NCBI GenBank assembly: GCA_963713975.1
Contig: OY970218.1
Coordinates: forward strand, 2,016,001-2,080,000
DNA: 64,000 nt
Source of the DNA: an uncultured Chloroflexia bacterium
GTDB taxonomy: Bacteria > Chloroflexota > Limnocylindria > Limnocylindrales > CSP1-4
Direction: 5' to 3'
The position numbers were made by a program, and so were the translations under genes. The notes under the pieces were generated by a model, which saw only the letters and a list, made by a program, of their open reading frames with translations, made no database searches and was not told the origin of the DNA. The stretch's first letter is position 1; the number at the start of each line of letters is the position of its first letter. Below are positions 10,125 through 20,054 of this stretch, piece after piece.

Positions 10125-11218
10125 AGCTCAACTCTACAGGACGGTGGGTCGCCATCGTCGGCACCGCGGCGATCGTGCTCGCGGCATGCGGCAGCAGCGC
10201 CGCCACCACGGCCCCGGCCACCGAGGCCCCGGCCGCCACCGAGGCCCCGGCCGCCACCGAGGCGCCGGCCGAGTCGATGGCCGCAGGCCCGATGACCGTC
10301 GGCTACCTGCCCAAGGACATCGTCAACCAGTACTTCGCCGCCGCCAAGACCGGCGTCGACAAGGCAGCCGCCGAGCTTGGTGGCACGGTCACCCAGGTCG
10401 GCCCGAACGAGGCGAAGGCGGACCTCCAGATCCCGTTCATCACGGACCTCACCACGCAGGGCGTGTCCGCGATCATCATCTCTGCCGACGGCAAGGATGA
10501 GGTCGCCCCGGCCCTCAAGGAGGCCATGGGCAAGGGCATCAAGGTCGTCGGCTTCGACTCCAGCCCGGCCGTCGGCGCGTACGACGTGTTCGTCAACCAG
10601 GTCGACTTCTCCGGCGTCGGCGTGAACCTCGCCGACTGGGCCTGCGAGCTCGCCCCGGACTGCACCGGTGAGATCGCCATCCTCTCCGCGGCAGCCACGG
10701 CCACCAACCAGAACGAGTGGATCGAGCTCATGAAGTCGACCCTCGCCGGCGATCCCAAGTACGCGGGCCTCACGCTCGTCGACACCGTCTACGGCGACGA
10801 CGACGCGACCAAGAGCACCCAGCAGGCGCAGGCGCTGCTGACCAAGTTCCCCAACCTCAAGGTCATCGTCGCCCCGACCACCGTCGGCATCCTCGCGGGG
10901 GCGCAGGTCGTCTCCCAGGCCGGCAAGTCGGACGCCGTCAAGGTGACCGGCCTCGGCTTCCCCAACGACATGAAGCCATTCGTCGCGGACGGAACCTCCC
11001 CGGTCTTCGGCCTGTGGAGCGTTCCCGACCTCGGCTACCTCTCCTACGTGATCGCGGACAAGCTGGTCAAGGGCGAGATCACCGGCGCTCCGGGTGAGAC
11101 CTTCACCGTGCCCGGTCTCAACGGCGACCAGCCGTACACGATCGGCGCCGACAGCGTCGTCATCCTCGGGCCGGCGTTCCGGTTCGACGCGACGAACGTC
11201 GACCAGTTCGACTTCTAG
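10121..11218 (+). CDS. rhaS: Rhamnose ABC transporter substrate-binding lipoprotein
   Basis: TTG start after GAGGAGGA; lipobox LAAC; PK...NQYF, ATNQNEW, YGDDD, APTTVGI, TGLG.P, LW and terminal FDF, as in RhaS. Confidence 0.88.
   Translation: MKLNSTGRWVAIVGTAAIVLAACGSSAATTAPATEAPAATEAPAATEAPAESMAAGPMTVGYLPKDIVNQYFAAAKTGVDKAAAELGGTVTQVGPNEAKADLQIPFITDLTTQGVSAIIISADGKDEVAPALKEAMGKGIKVVGFDSSPAVGAYDVFVNQVDFSGVGVNLADWACELAPDCTGEIAILSAAATATNQNEWIELMKSTLAGDPKYAGLTLVDTVYGDDDATKSTQQAQALLTKFPNLKVIVAPTTVGILAGAQVVSQAGKSDAVKVTGLGFPNDMKPFVADGTSPVFGLWSVPDLGYLSYVIADKLVKGEITGAPGETFTVPGLNGDQPYTIGADSVVILGPAFRFDATNVDQFDF
10203..10270 (+). repeat. 18-bp in-frame tandem repeat encoding the (ATEAPA)n lipoprotein linker
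   Basis: About 3 copies of GCCACCGAGGCCCCGGCC directly after the lipobox. Confidence 0.75.
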
Positions 11219-11228
11219 CTCCTCCTGC

Positions 11229-11261
11229 AGGGAGTCCCGGCGGTCCCCGTCGGGACTCCCT
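11229..11261 (+). terminator. Strong stem-loop after rhaS (partial terminator or mRNA 3' stabiliser)
   Basis: AGGGAGTCCCG...CGGGACTCCCT inverted repeat; no U-tract. Confidence 0.65.
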
Positions 11262-11284
11262 CATCCAGCACCGGAGGCATTGCG

Positions 11285-11599
11285 ATGGAACGGGTCGCGT
11301 TCACCATGCGCCTGCTGCCCGGGGCCGAGCCGGAATACCGGCGCCGCCACGCCGACGTGTGGCCCGAGATGCTCCAGACCCTGAGGGACGGCGGCGTCAG
11401 CGACTACTCCATCTACCTGCTCGATCATCAGCTCATCGGCGTGTTCGACGTCGAGGACTTCGCCCGCTTCCGGGCCCATATGGCCGCCCAGCCCGTCAAC
11501 GACCGCTGGCAGGCCGACATGGCGAAGCTCATCGATCCGTGCACGGACCCGGCAACGGGGTTCCACCGCCGGCTCGAGGAGGTGTTCCACCTTGACTGA
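11285..11599 (+). CDS. rhaM: L-rhamnose mutarotase
   Basis: M.RVAF.M.L.PG...EY.RRH..VWPE, YSIY, RWQ..M and EVFHLD. Confidence 0.92.
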   Translation: MERVAFTMRLLPGAEPEYRRRHADVWPEMLQTLRDGGVSDYSIYLLDHQLIGVFDVEDFARFRAHMAAQPVNDRWQADMAKLIDPCTDPATGFHRRLEEVFHLD

Positions 11600-13082
11600 C
11601 CAACGCACCCTGCGCCTGGCCGCCGTCGACCTCGGCGCCGAGAGCGGCCGGGTCCTGATCGGCACCTTCGACGGCGGTCGGATCGCCATCGAGGAGGTCC
11701 AACGGTTCCCCAACGTCCCGGTCCGTGTGGGCGGGACGCTGCACTGGGACGCGCTGCGCCTGTTCGGTGATATCGCGACCGGCCTGCGCAAGGCGGGGGC
11801 CGCAGGCGACGTGGCCTCGGTCGCCGTCGATACCTGGGGCGTGGACTTCGGGCTGCTCGACGAGCGCGGGCGGCTGCTCGCGAACCCCGTCCACTACCGC
11901 GACGCGCGGACAGACGGCATGGTGGAGCGGGCGTTCGGCCTGGTTCCGCGCGACGAGATCTACGGCACCACCGGCATCCAGTTCATGGCCATCAACACCG
12001 TGTACCAGCTGCTGGCGATGGCAAGCACGGACGACCCCCTCCTGCGGCACGCCGACCGGCTGCTGATGATGGCCGACCTGTTCGCCCACTTCCTGTCGGG
12101 CGCCAGCGTCGCCGAGTACACGCTTGCCTCCACGAGCCAGGCGCTCGACGCGCGCGCCCGGGACTGGGCACGGCCGATGCTCGAGCGGCTTGGCATCCCG
12201 ACCGGCCTGCTGCCGGAGATCGTGGCGCCGGGGACGAATGTGGGCAGGCTCACCGGAGACCTCGCCGCCGCCTCCGGGCTCGCCGCCACCCGCGTGGTCC
12301 TGCCCGGCTCGCACGACACCGCCTCCGCCGTGGTCGGGACTCCGATCGCCTCCCCGTCGACCGCGTACCTGTCGTCGGGCACGTGGTCCCTGGTCGGTCT
12401 CGAGGTGCCGGAGCCCGTCATCTCGGACGTGTCCCTCGCGGCCAACCTCACCAACGAGGGCGGCGTCGCCGGCACGATCCGGCTGCTGCGCAACGTCGTG
12501 GGCCTGTGGCTCGTCCAGGAGAGCCGTCGCGCGCTGTGGCCCGATCGCGAGGCGCCGACGTACGAGGAGCTGGCAGGCCTGGCCGACACGGCGCGCCCCT
12601 TCACCGCGTTCATCGATCCGGACGACGAACGGTTCCTGCGACCCGGCGACCTCCCGGCGCGGGTGCGGGAGTTCTGCGCTGAGACGGGCCAGCCGGTGCC
12701 GCAGGACACGGCGACGCTCATCCGCGTGCTGCTCGAGAGCCTGGCGCTGCGCTATGCGGCCGCGATCGACCAGCTCGCAGCCGCCGCGGGTCACCCGGTC
12801 GATGCCCTCCACGTCGTGGGCGGCGGCTCCAACCACCGCCTCCTCTGCCGGCTCACCGCGGGTGCCACCGGCCTCCCGGTGCGGGCCGGTCCCGTCGAGG
12901 CCACCGCCATCGGCAACCTGGCCGTCCAGGCGATCGCCGCTGGGGAGCTCGCCTCCGTCGCGGAGGCACGCGAGCTGGCCGCCCGTTCCTTCCCCACGAC
13001 CACCTTCGAGCCGTCCGGCGACTGGACCGGGGCGCGTGAGCGCTTTGCCGAGGTCTGCGCCCGCCGGACCACCCCCGCCTGA
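11592..13082 (+). CDS. rhaB: Rhamnulokinase (FGGY family)
   Basis: AVDLGAESGRV, DTWGVDF, HYRD.RT, HDTASAV, SSGTWSL, TNEGG and EATAIGN. Confidence 0.92.
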   Translation: MTDQRTLRLAAVDLGAESGRVLIGTFDGGRIAIEEVQRFPNVPVRVGGTLHWDALRLFGDIATGLRKAGAAGDVASVAVDTWGVDFGLLDERGRLLANPVHYRDARTDGMVERAFGLVPRDEIYGTTGIQFMAINTVYQLLAMASTDDPLLRHADRLLMMADLFAHFLSGASVAEYTLASTSQALDARARDWARPMLERLGIPTGLLPEIVAPGTNVGRLTGDLAAASGLAATRVVLPGSHDTASAVVGTPIASPSTAYLSSGTWSLVGLEVPEPVISDVSLAANLTNEGGVAGTIRLLRNVVGLWLVQESRRALWPDREAPTYEELAGLADTARPFTAFIDPDDERFLRPGDLPARVREFCAETGQPVPQDTATLIRVLLESLALRYAAAIDQLAAAAGHPVDALHVVGGGSNHRLLCRLTAGATGLPVRAGPVEATAIGNLAVQAIAAGELASVAEARELAARSFPTTTFEPSGDWTGARERFAEVCARRTTPA

Positions 13083-13099
13083 GCACCAGGGAGACCGTC

Positions 13100-14317
13100 A
13101 TGGCCACCATCGCCGCCGTCGCAGCACCCGTGTCCGCACCCGCCGTCGAACGTGTCGACTGGGCCATGAACGGGGTCAACGTCGAGATCCCGTCGTGGGG
13201 CTTCGTGAACACGGGCACGCGGTTCCGCGTCTTCCCCCAGCAGGGCGTGCCGCGCACGGTGTTCGAGAAGATCGACGATGCCGCGACCGTCAACCGGTAC
13301 ACCGGGATCGCCGGCTCGGTCTCGCTCCACATCCCGTGGGACAAGGTGGACGACTACGCCGCGCTCGCGGCCTACGCGGCGGACCACGGCCTGGTCATCG
13401 GCGGCATCAACAGCAACACCTTCCAGGACGAGGATTACAAGCTCGGCTCGATCTGCAACCCGGATCCCCGGGTCCGCGCCAAGGCGGTGGCCGCGATCAT
13501 CGAGTGCTGCGAGATCGCGGGCGCCATGAACGCCCAGGCGGTCAAGGTGTGGCTGGGCGATGGCACCAACTACCCGGGTCAGGACGACCTCCGCTGGCGC
13601 CACCGCCGGCTGGTCGAGGGCCTGCGCGAGGCGTATGGCCACCTGCCCGCCGGCGTCCGCCTCTATCTCGAGTACAAGCTCTACGAGCCCGCGCTGTACG
13701 CCACCGACGTCCAGGACTGGGGCCAGAGCCTCAACGTCGTCCGCCAGCTGGGCGACCAGGCCGGGGTGTGCGTCGACACGGGCCACCACGCGATGGGCGT
13801 GAACATCGAGCAGATCGTGGCCCTGCTCCTGGCCGAGGGCCGCCTCGCCGCTTTCGACCTCAACGACAAGAAGTACGGCGACGACGACCTGATGGTCGGC
13901 TCCATCGACCCCTACCAGCTGTTCCGGATCGCCCACGAGCTGGTCAACGCCATGCGTGATGACACGGACCCCGTTGCCCAGGACTGCGCGAACCACACCA
14001 CCTACATGCTCGACCAGTGCCACAACATCGAGCCCAAGGTCCCGGCCATGATCCGCAGCGTGATGAACCTCCAGGAGACGATCGCGAAGGCACTCCTGGT
14101 GGACCGGGACGCACTGCTCGCCGCGCAGGCTGCGGGCGACGTCCTCGAGGCGAACCGGTGCCTGCAGGACGCGTTCTCGACAGACGTTCGGCCGCTGCTC
14201 GCCGAGCTGCGGGTCGCGCGCGGCTTGCCCGCAGATCCCTACCGGGCCTACCTCGACTCCGGCGAGGAGCAGGCGAAGTACGCGGCCCGCGTGGGAGGAA
14301 TCGCGGCGAGCTGGTGA
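13100..14317 (+). CDS. rhaI: L-rhamnose isomerase (RhaI type)
   Basis: PSWGF.NTGTRF, LHIPWD, NSNTFQ, W..DG.NYPGQ, EYK..EP, D.GHH, DDDL and DQCHN. Confidence 0.92.
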   Translation: MATIAAVAAPVSAPAVERVDWAMNGVNVEIPSWGFVNTGTRFRVFPQQGVPRTVFEKIDDAATVNRYTGIAGSVSLHIPWDKVDDYAALAAYAADHGLVIGGINSNTFQDEDYKLGSICNPDPRVRAKAVAAIIECCEIAGAMNAQAVKVWLGDGTNYPGQDDLRWRHRRLVEGLREAYGHLPAGVRLYLEYKLYEPALYATDVQDWGQSLNVVRQLGDQAGVCVDTGHHAMGVNIEQIVALLLAEGRLAAFDLNDKKYGDDDLMVGSIDPYQLFRIAHELVNAMRDDTDPVAQDCANHTTYMLDQCHNIEPKVPAMIRSVMNLQETIAKALLVDRDALLAAQAAGDVLEANRCLQDAFSTDVRPLLAELRVARGLPADPYRAYLDSGEEQAKYAARVGGIAASW

Positions 14318-14329
14318 CCCGCTGACGCT

Positions 14330-14414
14330 CGCCATCCCGGGGTGCCATCGCCCGCACTCCGGTATCGCCCTCGCCCGCCATCCCGGGGCGCCCTCGCCCC
14401 CCATCCGGCATCGG
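14330..14414. repeat. Degenerate 23-bp tandem repeat (about 3.7 copies, A-B-A-B pattern)
   Basis: CGCCATCCCGGGGTGCCATCGCC / CGCACTCCGGTATCGCCCTCGCC / CGCCATCCCGGGGCGCCCTCGCC / CCCCATCCGGCATCGG. Confidence 0.7.
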
Positions 14415-14661
14415 ATGAACGGCGCGCCATCCACGAGGGACCAGCGACCTCAAACTCGGCCTTCGCCGAGCGGTCCCGCACGATCCAGTCGGATCCCATT
14501 CGATAGCAGATGAACCGCTGGTCCTGCCCGGTCCCGGGCCCGATCCGCCCCCGCTTCGGGCACGGGCCCCGCGCTTCGGGCACCTGGCCGGGTCGCGGTG
14601 CGGTCGCGAAGGAGTTGCGCCAGGGGTTGCGGCAGGGTCGCGAAATCGTCGTGCGCGGACC

Positions 14662-14701
14662 TTGACAGGTGCGGTATCGTGTCGTGTGTTACCGATAACA
14701 C
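14662..14701 (+). promoter_or_regulatory. Promoter -35 box plus LacI-type palindromic operator of the fucose operon
   Basis: TTGACA at 14662-14667; GTGTTAcCGaTAACAC palindrome with central CG at 14686-14701, overlapping the expected -10. Confidence 0.75.
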
Positions 14702-14744
14702 CTCGCTCCCGAACGACTCACGGTCCCACCCTATGAGGAGCCCG

Positions 14745-16259
14745 ATGGTCGATCTCCTGGTCGAGATGGACGACATCTCCAAGAGCTTCCCGGGCGTGCA
14801 CGCGCTCGACGGGGCGCGGTTCGAGCTCCGGCCGGGCGAGGTCCACGCCCTGGTCGGGGAGAACGGCGCCGGCAAGTCCACCCTGATGAAGATCCTGTCC
14901 GGGATCTACCACCGTGACGGCGGGACGATCCGGGTCAAGGGCGCCGCGGTGGAGATCAACAGCCCGCGAGCCGCGCAGGACATGGGGATCAGCATCATCC
15001 ACCAGGAGCTGAACCTGATGGGCCACCTCACGGTCGCCCAGAACATCTTCATCGGGCGCGAGCCTCGGAAGCGGGTCGGCTTCTGGCTGGACGAGAAGGC
15101 CCTCAATCGCAACGCGGCGGCCCTGTTCGAGGAGCTCCACATCCGGCTCGATCCGCGGGTGCGGGTCTCGGGTCTCGCGGTCGCGCAGCAGCAGATGGTC
15201 GAGATCGCGAAGGCGCTCTCGTTCAAGTCGGACGTCCTGATCATGGACGAGCCCACCGCGGCCCTGACCGACACCGAGATCGACGAGCTGTTCCGGATTA
15301 TCCGCCACCTGCGTGAGGGTGGTGTCGGCGTCGTCCACATCTCGCACCGGCTCGAGGAGCTCAAGCAGATCTCGGACCGCGTGACGGTGATGCGCGATGG
15401 CCGCTACATCGACACCGTCAACACGGCCGACGTCGGCATCCAGGAGATCATCAGCATGATGGTCGGCCGGACGATCTTCGAAGAGGCACCCGAGCTGCCG
15501 GAGGTGCCCAACGATGAGGTCGTGCTCGAGGTCCGCAACCTGACTCGGGGCCGGGACATCCGCGACGTCAGCTTCCAGCTCCACCGGGGTGAGATCCTGG
15601 GCGTGGCGGGCCTCGTCGGCGCGGGCCGGACCGAGGTGATGCGGGCCGTGTTCGGGGCCGACCCGCGGGACTCGGGCGAGATCCTGGTCCACGGCGAGCC
15701 CGTGCCGATCAAGTCGCCCGACGACGCCGTGCGCCACGGGATCGGCTACCTGTCCGAGGACCGCAAGCGCTATGGCCTGGCGCTGAAGATGGACGTCGAG
15801 GCCAACGTCGTCATGGCCAGCCTGGCGAAGTTCACCGGCAGGCTCGGCCGGATCCAGTTCGGTAGGACTCGCGCCACGGCCCTCGAGCACGTCGAAAGCC
15901 TGGCGATCAAGACCCCGAGCGTGGGCCAGCGGACGAAGAACCTGTCCGGCGGCAACCAGCAGAAGGTGGTCATCGCCAAGTGGCTGACCGCCGACACGGA
16001 GATCCTGATCTTCGACGAGCCCACCCGCGGCATCGACGTCGGCGCCAAGAGCGAGATCTACAGGCTCCTCAACGACCTCGCCGCCCAGGGACGGGCGATC
16101 ATCATGATCAGCTCCGAGCTCCCGGAGATCCTGCGGATGAGCCACCGGATCCTGGTGATGTGCGAGGGTCGGATCACCGGCGAGCTCACGGCCGCCGAGG
16201 CCACCCAGGAACGGATCATGACCTTCGCGACCCAGCGCGACGCGGTGGCCGCCGCATGA
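14745..16259 (+). CDS. Sugar (fucose-type) ABC transporter ATP-binding protein
   Basis: ATG 14745 after GAGGAG; [23 protein letters not shown] and [12 protein letters not shown]. Confidence 0.9.
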   Translation: MVDLLVEMDDISKSFPGVHALDGARFELRPGEVHALVGENGAGKSTLMKILSGIYHRDGGTIRVKGAAVEINSPRAAQDMGISIIHQELNLMGHLTVAQNIFIGREPRKRVGFWLDEKALNRNAAALFEELHIRLDPRVRVSGLAVAQQQMVEIAKALSFKSDVLIMDEPTAALTDTEIDELFRIIRHLREGGVGVVHISHRLEELKQISDRVTVMRDGRYIDTVNTADVGIQEIISMMVGRTIFEEAPELPEVPNDEVVLEVRNLTRGRDIRDVSFQLHRGEILGVAGLVGAGRTEVMRAVFGADPRDSGEILVHGEPVPIKSPDDAVRHGIGYLSEDRKRYGLALKMDVEANVVMASLAKFTGRLGRIQFGRTRATALEHVESLAIKTPSVGQRTKNLSGGNQQKVVIAKWLTADTEILIFDEPTRGIDVGAKSEIYRLLNDLAAQGRAIIMISSELPEILRMSHRILVMCEGRITGELTAAEATQERIMTFATQRDAVAAA

Positions 16260-16305
16260 GCACCATCGACCCCCAACGGCCCACCACCCCGCACGAGGCA
16301 ATCCG

Positions 16306-17292
16306 ATGACAGTGACAACCGGGCCGACCAGGTCGCGGCTGGGATCGATGGCAACCGGGGACTCGGTCCAGCGCGTGCTCGCGCTCGGGGCGCTGGTCAT
16401 CCTGCTCGCCTTCTTCTCGGTGATCTCGACGCCGTTCCGGACCCCGGACAACTACATCTCGATCCTCGTCGCGACGGCCGTCAACGGTGTCCTCGCGATG
16501 GGCGTGACGTTCGTGATCATCACGGGCGGCATCGACCTGTCGGTGGGCACCACCATGACCTTCTGCTCGGTGGTCCTGGGCCTGGTCGTCACGCAGGCAG
16601 GCTTGCCGCTGTTCATCGGCCTTCCGGCCGCGCTCCTCGCCGGAGCCCTCGTCGGCTCCGTCAACGGCATCCTGATCGCCAAGGCGAAGATCCCGCCGTT
16701 CATCGCGACCCTGGGCATGATGAGCATCACGCGCGGCCTCGCGCAGGTCCTGTCCGACGTGAAGCCCATCTACTTCGAGGGCACGCCCGCGTTCTACGAC
16801 CTGTTCATGGGCAAGTACGTGTTCGGCATCCCCAATGTCGTGTTCATCATGTTCGGTGCGGCCGTCGTCGCATCGCTCGTCCTCACCAAGACCTCCCTCG
16901 GCCGGTACACGTTCGCCCTGGGCTCCAACGAGGAGGCCACGCGCCTGTCGGGCGTGAACGTGGACCGCTGGAAGATCGCCGTGTACGCCGTCGGCGGCCT
17001 GTACGCGGGCCTCGCGGGCACCCTGATCGCCGCCCGCATGAACTCGGCCCAGCCGTCCGTCGGCATGGGCTACGAGCTCGACGCCATCGCCGCAGCCGTC
17101 ATCGGCGGCACGTCCCTGTCAGGCGGCGAGGGCAGCATCTTCGGCACGGTTATCGGTGCGTTCATCATCAGCACGCTGACGATCGGCCTGTCCATCACCG
17201 GCGTTCCCGACCAGTGGAAGCTGGTGATCACGGGTCTCGTGGTCATCGGCGCCGTCTGGCTCGACATCCTGCGCCGCAATCGGCGCGGCTAG
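16306..17292 (+). CDS. Sugar ABC transporter permease (RbsC-like)
   Basis: GGIDLSVG, PPFIATLG, GSNEEA.RLSG and YELDAIAAAVIGGTSL.GG. Confidence 0.9.
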   Translation: MTVTTGPTRSRLGSMATGDSVQRVLALGALVILLAFFSVISTPFRTPDNYISILVATAVNGVLAMGVTFVIITGGIDLSVGTTMTFCSVVLGLVVTQAGLPLFIGLPAALLAGALVGSVNGILIAKAKIPPFIATLGMMSITRGLAQVLSDVKPIYFEGTPAFYDLFMGKYVFGIPNVVFIMFGAAVVASLVLTKTSLGRYTFALGSNEEATRLSGVNVDRWKIAVYAVGGLYAGLAGTLIAARMNSAQPSVGMGYELDAIAAAVIGGTSLSGGEGSIFGTVIGAFIISTLTIGLSITGVPDQWKLVITGLVVIGAVWLDILRRNRRG

Positions 17293-17393
17293 CACCAGGC
17301 CCTCGGGCCCCAACCATCCGGACCAAGCGCCGGTCGGCCGACCTCCTTGGCGGCCCCGGCACCAAGGTCAAGCACCCTTCACGGAGGAGGAGC

Positions 17394-18389
17394 ATGAAGC
17401 TCACAGGGATCATCCGCCCGGCGGCGGCACTCATGGCAGTCGGCATCCTCGTTGCGGCCTGCGGCGGCAGCAGCAGCTCGCCCGCGGCATCCGCCGAAGC
17501 CAGCGCTGCGACCGGCGAGGCACCCTACATCGCGATCGTGTCCAAGGGCTCGCAGCACCAGTTCTGGCAGGCTGTCCAGAAGGGCGCTGTCGACGAGGCC
17601 GCGAAGCTTGGCGCGACCGTCACGTACGAGGGCCCGGCATCGGAGTCAGAGGTCGACAAGCAGCTCACCATGCTGCAGACGGCACTCGACAAGAAGCCGG
17701 CCGCGATCTGCTTCGCCGCGCTCGACAGCAAGGCCGCGACGCCGCTGCTCGAGAAGGCCAAGGCTGCCGGCATCCCGGTCGTCGGGTTCGACTCCGGCGT
17801 TGACAGCGAAATCCCGGTCACAACCGTGACCACCGACAACGCCAAGGCTGCCGGCGAGGCCGCCGACCAGATGGCGAAGCTCATCGGCGATAGCGGCAAG
17901 GTGGCGGTCATCGTTCATGACCAGACCTCCAAGACCGGCCAGGACCGCCGCGACGGCTTCGTCAACCAGATCGAGGCCGCGCACCCCAACATCGAGGTCG
18001 TGGCGATCGAGTACGGCGCCGGCGACCCGGTGAAGTCGGCTGACTTCGCCAAGGCCATCATGACCGCCAACCCGGACCTCAAGGGCTTCTTCGGCGCCAA
18101 CGAGGGCTCCATCAAGGGCGTGCTGAACGCGCTGAAGGAGACCGGCAAGGAGGGCGAGATCGTGGCCATCGGCTACGACTCCGGCCAGCAGCAGATCGAC
18201 GCCATCAACGACGGCACCGAGGCCGGCGCCATCACCCAGAACCCCGTCGGCATCGGCGCCAAGTGCGTCTCGGCGGCGTTGGACGCCATCGCGGGCAAGT
18301 CGATGGACAAGATCATCGATACCGGCTTCTACTGGTACGACAAGACCAACATCAACAATCCTGAGATCCAGGCGGTCCTCTACCAGTAG
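17394..18389 (+). CDS. Sugar ABC transporter substrate-binding lipoprotein (probably fucose/L-galactose-type)
   Basis: ATG after GGAGGAGGAG; lipobox VAAC; SKG.QHQFWQAV, FDSG, TDN, GANEGS and TQNP. Substrate inferred from the fucU/fucI context. Confidence 0.85.
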   Translation: MKLTGIIRPAAALMAVGILVAACGGSSSSPAASAEASAATGEAPYIAIVSKGSQHQFWQAVQKGAVDEAAKLGATVTYEGPASESEVDKQLTMLQTALDKKPAAICFAALDSKAATPLLEKAKAAGIPVVGFDSGVDSEIPVTTVTTDNAKAAGEAADQMAKLIGDSGKVAVIVHDQTSKTGQDRRDGFVNQIEAAHPNIEVVAIEYGAGDPVKSADFAKAIMTANPDLKGFFGANEGSIKGVLNALKETGKEGEIVAIGYDSGQQQIDAINDGTEAGAITQNPVGIGAKCVSAALDAIAGKSMDKIIDTGFYWYDKTNINNPEIQAVLYQ

Positions 18390-18420
18390 GCCACCCGGCT
18401 CCCTGAGCACGGTCGTACCC

Positions 18421-18455
18421 GCCGGGGGCTGTCCGCACCGCGGACAGCCCCCGGC
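18421..18455 (+). terminator. Perfect 16-bp stem-loop after the SBP gene
   Basis: GCCGGGGGCTGTCCGC-ACC-GCGGACAGCCCCCGGC. Confidence 0.7.
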
Positions 18456-18497
18456 CTCCATCAGGCCCAGCCAGTCGCCCACCTGGACTCCCCAACA

Positions 18498-19556
18498 ATG
18501 AGCAACATCAACGACGTTGCGAAGCGCGCCGGTTTGTCCGCCATGACCGTCTCGAGGGTCGTCAACGGCACCGGGTACACCAGCTCCGATGCCCGTGCCC
18601 GCGTGGAGGCGGCCATCGAGGAGCTGGGCTACGTGCCCAATGCCCTGGCCCGCCAGCTCCGGTCCAAGCGCACCAAGACCATCGCGCTCGTCGTCTCCGA
18701 CATCTCGAACCCCTTCTTCACCACCATCGCCCGCGGCGTCGAGGACGTGGCAGCGGCGCATGGCTTCTCGGTGATGTACTGCAACACCGACGAGTCCGAG
18801 GCAGAGGAGGAGCAGTACCTCCTCATGCTGATCGAGCGCCAGGTGGACGGCGTCCTGCTGGTCCCCGCGCGCAGCTCCGGCGCCTCGTTCCGTCTCCTCC
18901 AGGCCCACCGCATGCCGGTCGTCGTCCTGGACCGCCGCGTGGCGGCCCGCGACGTGGACAGCGTCCGCTGCGACTCCGAGGCCGGCGCCCACGCGCTGAC
19001 CCGCCACCTCATCGGGCTCGGCCACCGGCGGATCGCCGTGCTGACCGGTCGCCGCAACGTCTCGACGTCGGTCGACCGTGTCGCCGGGTGCCGGCGAGCC
19101 CTCCAGGAGACGGGGCTGGTGCTGGACGACGCACTGGTCCACTGGGGCGGCTTCAACTTCGGCAAGCTCAACCAGGCCGACGGGCACCGCATGGCCCAGG
19201 AGGTGCTGGCCACGGATGGCGATTGCCCGACCGCGCTGTTCTGCGCCAACAACTTCATCGCCTTCGGGGCGATCCGGGCGTTGCGCGAGGCCGGTCTGCG
19301 GGTTCCCGACGACATGTCCGTGGTCGCGTTTGACGACCTGCCGGAGGAGTGGGTGAGCGAGCCGTTCCTGACGGTCGCGGCCCAGCCGGCGTACGAGATC
19401 GGGCACCGCGCGGCCACCATCCTGCTCGGACAGCTCTCCGGCGACCTCCAGCCCGCGGGCGAGAACGTGATGCTGCCATTCGAGCTGATCATCCGGCGGT
19501 CGAGTGGGCCGCCCCGCGTCGTGCCCGCGAGCGCCATGACTGCGGCAATCGCGTGA
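18498..19556 (+). CDS. LacI-family transcriptional regulator
   Basis: DVAKRAGLSAMTVSRVVN HTH, YVPNALAR hinge and FDD. Confidence 0.93.
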   Translation: MSNINDVAKRAGLSAMTVSRVVNGTGYTSSDARARVEAAIEELGYVPNALARQLRSKRTKTIALVVSDISNPFFTTIARGVEDVAAAHGFSVMYCNTDESEAEEEQYLLMLIERQVDGVLLVPARSSGASFRLLQAHRMPVVVLDRRVAARDVDSVRCDSEAGAHALTRHLIGLGHRRIAVLTGRRNVSTSVDRVAGCRRALQETGLVLDDALVHWGGFNFGKLNQADGHRMAQEVLATDGDCPTALFCANNFIAFGAIRALREAGLRVPDDMSVVAFDDLPEEWVSEPFLTVAAQPAYEIGHRAATILLGQLSGDLQPAGENVMLPFELIIRRSSGPPRVVPASAMTAAIA

Positions 19557-19566
19557 AGGAGAACCC

Positions 19567-19986
19567 ATGCTGAAGACCCGCCTGCTCCACCCGGAGATCC
19601 TGCAAGCCCTGGGCGAGGCGGGTCACGGCGCGCAGGTCCTCATCGCGGATGGCAACTACCCGCTGGCGACGCGATCCAACCCCGATGCCCGCCGGGTGTT
19701 CCTCAACCTCGCGCCGGGGCAGCTCAGCGTTACCGACGTCCTCGACGTCATCGCGGATGCGATCCCTGTCGAGGCGGCCTATGTCATGGGCCCGGATGAC
19801 GGCACGGAGCCCTCCATCTACGCCGGCTTCCGCGAGCTGCTCCCGGACAACGAGCTCGAGCGCCTCGGTCGCTTCGAGTTCTACGACATGGCCCGCGGAC
19901 CGGACACGGCGCTGGCGATCGCCACGGGCGAGCAGCGCATCTACGCCAACATCCTGCTCACGATCGGCGTGGTGATGCCCGAGTAG
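19567..19986 (+). CDS. fucU: RbsD/FucU-family L-fucose mutarotase
   Basis: MLK, GHG..V.IADGNYP, RFEFY and ATGE...YANI; adjacent to fucI. Confidence 0.8.
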   Translation: MLKTRLLHPEILQALGEAGHGAQVLIADGNYPLATRSNPDARRVFLNLAPGQLSVTDVLDVIADAIPVEAAYVMGPDDGTEPSIYAGFRELLPDNELERLGRFEFYDMARGPDTALAIATGEQRIYANILLTIGVVMPE

Positions 19987-20054
19987 GGCGGCCACAGGAA
20001 GCAATCGAACCCGTCAAAGCATCGACTGGCGTCCCAGGAATCGAGGCAACCGAC

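Noticed and set aside
9041-11218. 725-aa ORF as a single protein
   Set aside because: The upstream part is an off-frame shadow of rhaQ. The real SBP starts at TTG 10121 with an RBS and lipobox.
14330-14414. Possible mini-CRISPR (also considered for 23756-23851)
   Set aside because: The units are directly adjacent with no unique spacers, and there are no cas genes.
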